Made by a program: the position numbers and the translations under genes. A stretch of 64,000 bases of DNA. Source: Octopus bimaculoides (lineage: Eukaryota). The DNA lies in contig NC_068998.1 in assembly GCF_001194135.2 (NCBI RefSeq), forward strand, positions 15,613,393 to 15,677,392. Direction: 5' to 3'. Positions 57,936 through 64,000 of this stretch are shown here, piece after piece. Position 1 is the first letter of the stretch. Each line of letters opens with the position of its first letter. The notes beneath the pieces are model-generated. The model was given only the letters and a program-made list of their open reading frames with translations. It did no database searches and had not been told where the DNA came from.

Positions 57936-58988
57936 CAGATGTTCCCAAACTTTTTCGCATTACGAACCAGTTTCATTCAAGACAATTTTTCCACCAACTG
58001 GGGTATTATGCGCATAACATCTCGCATTAAGGTGCATCATACATAATTTAATTATTACATATATAATGCAAATGTAATTATTATATTGTGTATTATGCCT
58101 TTTATTTATACTATTATTTATAATACAACTAAGACGGTGAGCTGGCAGAATCGCTAGCTCGCCGGGAATAATGCTCTGCGACATCTCGTCTGTCATTAGG
58201 TTCCGAGTTCAAATCCACTGAGGTCGACTTTGCCTTTCATTCTTTTGGGGTTGATAAAATAAGTACCAGCTGAATAGCACTAGGGTCAATGTAATCGATT
58301 TACCCCTCCCCACAAATTACTGACCTTGTGCTATAATTTGAAACCAATATATATAATCTTTTTTACTCTAGGCACAAGGCCCAAAATTTTGGGGGAGGGG
58401 GCCAGTCGATTAGATCGATCCAGTACGCAACTGGTACTTAATTTATCGACCCCGAAAGGATGAAAGGCAAAGTCGACCTCGGCGGAATTTGAACTCAGAA
58501 CGTAACGGTAGACGAAATACCGCTAAGCATTTCGGCCGGCGTGCTAACGTTTCTGCCAGCTCGCCACCTTNNNNNNNNNNCGTAAAGACAGACGAAATAC
58601 CTCTAAGCATTTCGCCCGACGTGCTAACGTTTCTTATTTCTTTATTGTCCTCAAGGGGCTAAACATAGAAGGGACAAACAAGGACAGACAAAGGGATTAA
58701 GTCGATTACATCGACCCCAGTGCGTAACTGGTACTTAATTTATCGACCCCGAAAGGATGAAAGGCAAAGTCGACCTCGGCGGAATTTGAACTCAGAACGT
58801 AACGGTAGACGAAATACCGCTAAGCATTTCGGCCGGCGTGCTAACGTTTCTGCCAGCTCGCCACCTTAAACCAATATATATATATATAACACAACTCAAA
58901 ATCTAAAATGTTATTCTCTCTGTGCGGCCCGGTACTAAATGATTCACAACCTGGTACTGGACTGCGGCCCGGTGGTCGGAGACCCTTG
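57936..58988 (+). mobile_element. hAT (Charlie-type) non-autonomous element with nested SINEs
   Basis: Ends CAGATGTTCCCAAACTTTTT.. and ..GGTGGTCGGAGACCCTTG; identical 8-bp TSD GTATAAAC at 57928-57935 and 58989-58996; family-A SINEs inserted at 58135-58867. Confidence 0.85.
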
Positions 58989-59622
58989 GTATAAACTATG
59001 AACTTTTAAATATATCAACAGAAGATAAGCTTTCACTCAGCGTCTCAAAAATATAATACATGCTCTTTCATCACCACGAACAAAGATTTTTCGGAATCAA
59101 TTCTGCTACTTGTGTTTCATGTCAATAACAAGAATAAATTCATTCTTTTAAATTTCAAGAACTCATCATTGCTAAGAATCTTGAATTGAAACTGTACATC
59201 TATCTAACCTACAGACAAATACTAATGTATCTGGTGGTAGACATTATTAACTTCTGGTGATAGTGTGTAATAGGGTTTCTCTGGATGATTAGCGAAGACA
59301 GCAGTAGTAAAAGCCATTTGTTGCTGTGGAGATACGAGTAGTAGTGAAACTGGTTTTGTTTCTCATTTCGTTTTGTTATGTCTTGAGATGGCTCCCCTAC
59401 CCATCCACTCCCAGACTACCGTTAATACCACCGCCATCTCTACTACTACCAGCAGCACCGCCGAAGCCCTTCTCGCAACCACCGCCTCCCTCATTGTTTC
59501 TATTACTCTACCCATCCCCTCCAAACGTCTAGTTTTCCATGAAAAGCGAGACAATCTTATAAGTGTGTTTGTGTGCGTGTGTGTGTGTGGTGTGTGTATC
59601 TGTCTTGTCTTTCTCTCTTTCT

Positions 59623-59656
<34 letters not shown>

Positions 59657-59829
59657 ATCTATCTATTTATAAATATGGTTGTGTGGTTAAGAAGTTCACT
59701 TTGCAATGGCATGTGTTCAGGTTCAGTCCCACTGTGTGACACCCTGGGCTAGTATCTTCTACTATAGCCTCGGGCCAACAAATGTCTTGAGCGTGCATTT
59801 AGTAGGTGATAACTGTGAGAGGCCTGTCT

Positions 59830-59885
<56 letters not shown>

Positions 59886-60809
59886 CGTACGTGCTTGTAT
59901 CTGTGTTTGTCCCCCACCATATTACATGACACTATGGAAACAATTCTTCGCAATCAGCTATGGAACACGTGGTGCTTCTTTGCTTACTATGCTAACAGAA
60001 CTTCACGGTGATGTGTAAAATACTCGCTTCTGATTGGCTAAAATGTCCAAATTTTGCAAATTTTAAAGGCTAATTACTTTAAAAGCTAATAAATCTGTGA
60101 ACCATAGCATTGAATTCATTAACTCAAATGATGGGACCCACATTCAACAAAAAGAGAGTACATGGGCATCTTTAAAGCGTAGAGACTCTTATCTTTAAAG
60201 CGTGGAAACTCTTTTCATGGTTGATTCTTATCTTTGTGAATTTATGTGAAGGAGATATAAGAAAAATGATTTATTTTATAAAATCCTAGAGCGTATTGCA
60301 AACTTTCGTTCTTGAATGTTTTAAACTAATAAATGTCTGTTCTAAGCAATGTTTTGACTGTTATTTCTAGCAACTCCTGTTGGTTTGCTCGTAGCTTTTA
60401 AATATTTAATTTGCTCGCGAATGTTTTAATGTTTTCCACTGTTTACTGTAGCTATTTTGACATGCCGGTGCCACCCGCTTTCTCGCTACTGTGACAGATG
60501 ATGGATGAGGCAGCGAACGCACTGTTTTCTGATTGGTTGAAAATTCTGAAAATTATCAAACTTCGAACACCTGTAACATTTTCGCAAATTCAATTTTTGT
60601 TTTTGTTTATAATATATGAATAACAAATTTGGTTTCAGCATAAAAAATTACGTCTATGTGATANNNNNNNNNNNNNNNNNNNNNNNNNNNNNNNNNNNNN
60701 NNNNNNNNNNNNNNNNNNNNNNNNNNNNNNNNNNNNNNNNNNNNNNNNNNNNNNNNNNNNNNNNNNNNNNNNNNNNNNNNNNNNNNNNNNNNNNNNNNNN
60801 NNNNNNNNN

Positions 60810-60841
<32 letters not shown>

Positions 60842-61679
60842 ACACACACCACACACACAGAGTGAAAGAGTTTGTATTACGTGACGTTCGCTTCTTTGGT
60901 TAGTAACTGGAGATCATTAACAGTTCAGCATCTTCTGAGAGCATCACACATACTCTCTCTCTTTCTCTCTCTGTCTCTGTGTTTCTCTGTCTGTCTGTCT
61001 GTCTCTCCCCAGTAGTGCCGGAAAGCATTGATACAATCAAGGAATACCCAAGTTCTTTTGGCCCGCATTGTAACGCATTTTTATTATTCATGCATGTCAC
61101 AGTCTTCGGCTACCTCCATTTTTCAGACCTTGTCATCTGTGTGAGAAGTCTAACATCTTATTACATTTTCGTAACAGCAGTAAACCATCAGTAGCCAGCC
61201 GTTCCTTCATTTTCTTCTCGCCAGTCTCAGAAGCCGTGAATAAATCATGGGCGCTGCCAATCCTTCTTTGATTAAGTCATGAAATGTGGGAGAATATATT
61301 TGCGGCTTGTGAAATACAAAAAACAAAAAACAAAACAAACCAACCAACAAACAAACAAATCAAAAGCAAAAAAAAAACAAAAAACCCCCAAACCATTTGA
61401 GGATGTTGAAGAATTTACTGGCTTGAAGAATATATCTTCCAGGTAAGAATAGGCCGTGTGGTTAAGAAGCTCGTTTTGGAACCACGGTGTTTCAGGTTCA
61501 ATCCCACGTCATAGCACCTTAGTCAAGTGTCTTCTACTATAACACCGGGTCGACCAATAACCTTGTGAGTGAATTCGGTTGATGGAAGCTGAGTGGAAAA
61601 CCGTCGCGCGCTCGCGCATGTGTTTGTTTGTATGCGTATATAAGTATATTACATGAGCTTATGTGTGTATGTATGTATG

Positions 61680-61736
<57 letters not shown>

Positions 61737-62418
61737 GTGGATGTATGTAAATATATATATATATGTGTGTGTGTGTTTGTATGTGTGTGTGTGTATGTGT
61801 GTGTGTGTATGCGTGTGTGAGTCTGTGTTTGTTCTCAAACACTGCTTGACAACCGGTATTGGTTTGCTTATGCTCCCATAAGCTTGCGGTTCGGCAAACA
61901 GACCGACAGAATAAGAACCAGACTTACGAGTAAAACCAAATACTGAATAGATTCCTTCGACTAACACTCTTCACGTTGATGCTCCAGCATTGCCGCAGTG
62001 CAAAGACTGAAACAAGTGCAGCCTAAATGTCAACTGGACATCTTCGACAAGATAAAACTTCAAGTGAAATGATAAACCAAGTCTAATCACCAACCTTTCA
62101 AGTGCAAGCAGCGAGGATTCTTTAAGCGCCCTTTATCTTCTGTTCGTAATAGTAGAAGTTGCTTCTTGTTGATAACATCGTACCCTTCATTATTTCCCGG
62201 CCAGATTTTGGTAATGAGAACTTGGCTCGAGATGGACGACTATGGCATTCCTCTTTCATTATTCAAACTGGGTTTTAGCATGAGAGCCTTTCCTTCGAAC
62301 TTCCGAACTAATATCTACGTCTCTTATCATTGCTTGCACTCTCATGCATTGGCATTCTCCAGCAGTGTCAATCTTATTCTTTGTGCGGTGATCAGGTGAT
62401 TTTGTTAATGCTTTAGAG

Positions 62419-62697
62419 CTGGGGTTTTCAAACTTTTTGACTTGCGGACCCCTTTATATTTCAGGCTTTACCTTAGGGACCCCCTTATAAACGCTTATGA
62501 AATTTATACATAAATATTTGCTTAAAATAACATATATCTTTACATTTATTTATTTAACAGTATTTTACAAATAAGTTCATTGTCAATTAAAAGATTTCGA
62601 TTAAAAAATATATATAAAATCAAATTGCCCATAAAAAGTATTTGCTGTCCACGGACCCCCTGTCTTGTCCTTGCGGATCACAGTTTGAAAACCCCTG
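62419..62697. mobile_element. hAT (Charlie-type) MITE
   Basis: TIRs CTGGGGTTTTCAAACT and AGTTTGAAAACCCCTG; exact 8-bp TSD CTTTAGAG at 62411-62418 and 62698-62705. Confidence 0.92.
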
Positions 62698-62819
62698 CTT
62701 TAGAGGAAGAAGAGTGTGCTTCCAAGAACACATTTAGCGCAAGCGCTTTGAACAACAAAAGTCATTTGGCTCTTAGTTACAGCACCACGACCATGCGTTT
62801 GTGTAAACGTGTGTCTATG

Positions 62820-62923
<104 letters not shown>

Positions 62924-63343
62924 GCATTTCGTCCGGCGTGCTAACGTTTATGCCAGCTCGCCCCCTTATAAATATTGACACGTAGCTTATTTCCTAAAAT
63001 CTTGTTACCGTTATTACCATTGCAGCTGTTGCTGTTGTCAAACTTCATGCCACATATTACTGAGTGAACAAACGTTCGGTCAAAGACATATTCCAACCAT
63101 AACCATCCAGTAGCGTAAGCTAGGGGGCTGGAAATTGGGCGGTCCACTCCGGGTAAGGCTCTTATGCGTGCGGAAAACACAATAGCTGCTTCGGAAGCAT
63201 ACACTCTAGTAACCACTACATACATACATACATGCATACATTCATACATACATACATACATACATACACTCACACCTACATACATATATACATACATACA
63301 TACATACATGCATACATTATGTCTGTATATATGTACGTATGTC

Positions 63344-63381
<38 letters not shown>

Positions 63382-63575
63382 NNNNNNNNNNNNNNNNNNN
63401 NNNNNNNNNNNNNNNNNNNNNNNNNNNNNNNNNNNNNNNNNNNNNNNNNNNNNNNNNNNNNNNNNNNNNNNNNNNNNNNNNNNNNNNNNNNNNNNNNNNN
63501 NNNNNNNNNNNNNNNNNNNNNNNNNNNNNNNNNNNNNNNNNNNNNNNNNNNNNNNNNNNNNNNNNNNNNNNNNNT

Positions 63576-63617
<42 letters not shown>

Positions 63618-64000
63618 ATTTAGTATGGCCTAATATTGAAGAAACTTGTTTCGTCACTACGACGTCCCGGATTCGATTCCACTGCACAGCGTCTTGAGAA
63701 TATGTATTATTTTAGAGTCGACCCATACTTTGTGAATTGATGGATGATGGCTTCTGATTGATAGAATCATCTCCTCATCACTGAACACCGGAGAACCAAC
63801 ACACACACACACATATATATATACATATATAGGTATCTCTCTCACACTCACTCTCTCTATTTATATACATACGCGCACACACACAAATATATATATATAC
63901 ACACATACATACACACACACACATATATACACACAAACATATATATAGATATCTACCTATCGATCTATGTATATGTATGTATGTATTTATATACATATAT

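Noticed and set aside
58430-58867. Two identical ~140-bp SINE segments either side of a 10-N gap
   Set aside because: Identity across a placeholder gap is more simply explained as a contig-overlap artefact than as a recent tandem duplication.

Overview
AT-rich, repeat-dense, gapped eukaryotic scaffold. The tRNA-derived SINEs, Tc1/mariner debris and (CA)/(TA)/(GA) microsatellites suggest a coleoid cephalopod, probably Octopus; this is an inference. Two complete spliced genes can be assembled by hand, arranged head-to-head. LSM7 lies on the minus strand (4 exons, 9584-14888, 140 aa) and appears to start with an unusual poly-glutamine first exon. ATP5PB, mitochondrial ATP synthase peripheral-stalk subunit b, lies on the plus strand (8 exons, 18329-30499, 266 aa). 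A further minus-strand exon at 301-648 encodes an unrecognised, probably secreted Y/G/N/F/W-rich polypeptide that runs off the left edge. Beyond about 31 kb no gene could be recognised. That part holds mariner/Tc1, hAT, R4/Dong-like, Tx1/L1-like, CR1/L2-like and Penelope-like fragments, a solo LTR, SINEs, long trinucleotide arrays and a CpG-rich 34-bp tandem array. Main leads: the polyQ LSm7 exon; the orphan secreted exon; four or five Penelope-type minimal hammerhead ribozyme motifs; and a mariner derivative built from two inverted 5' ends whose junction occurs twice in the window. All calls were made by eye. No database search was run, and family names rest on recalled motifs. Most long entries in the ORF track are microsatellite or N-gap artefacts.
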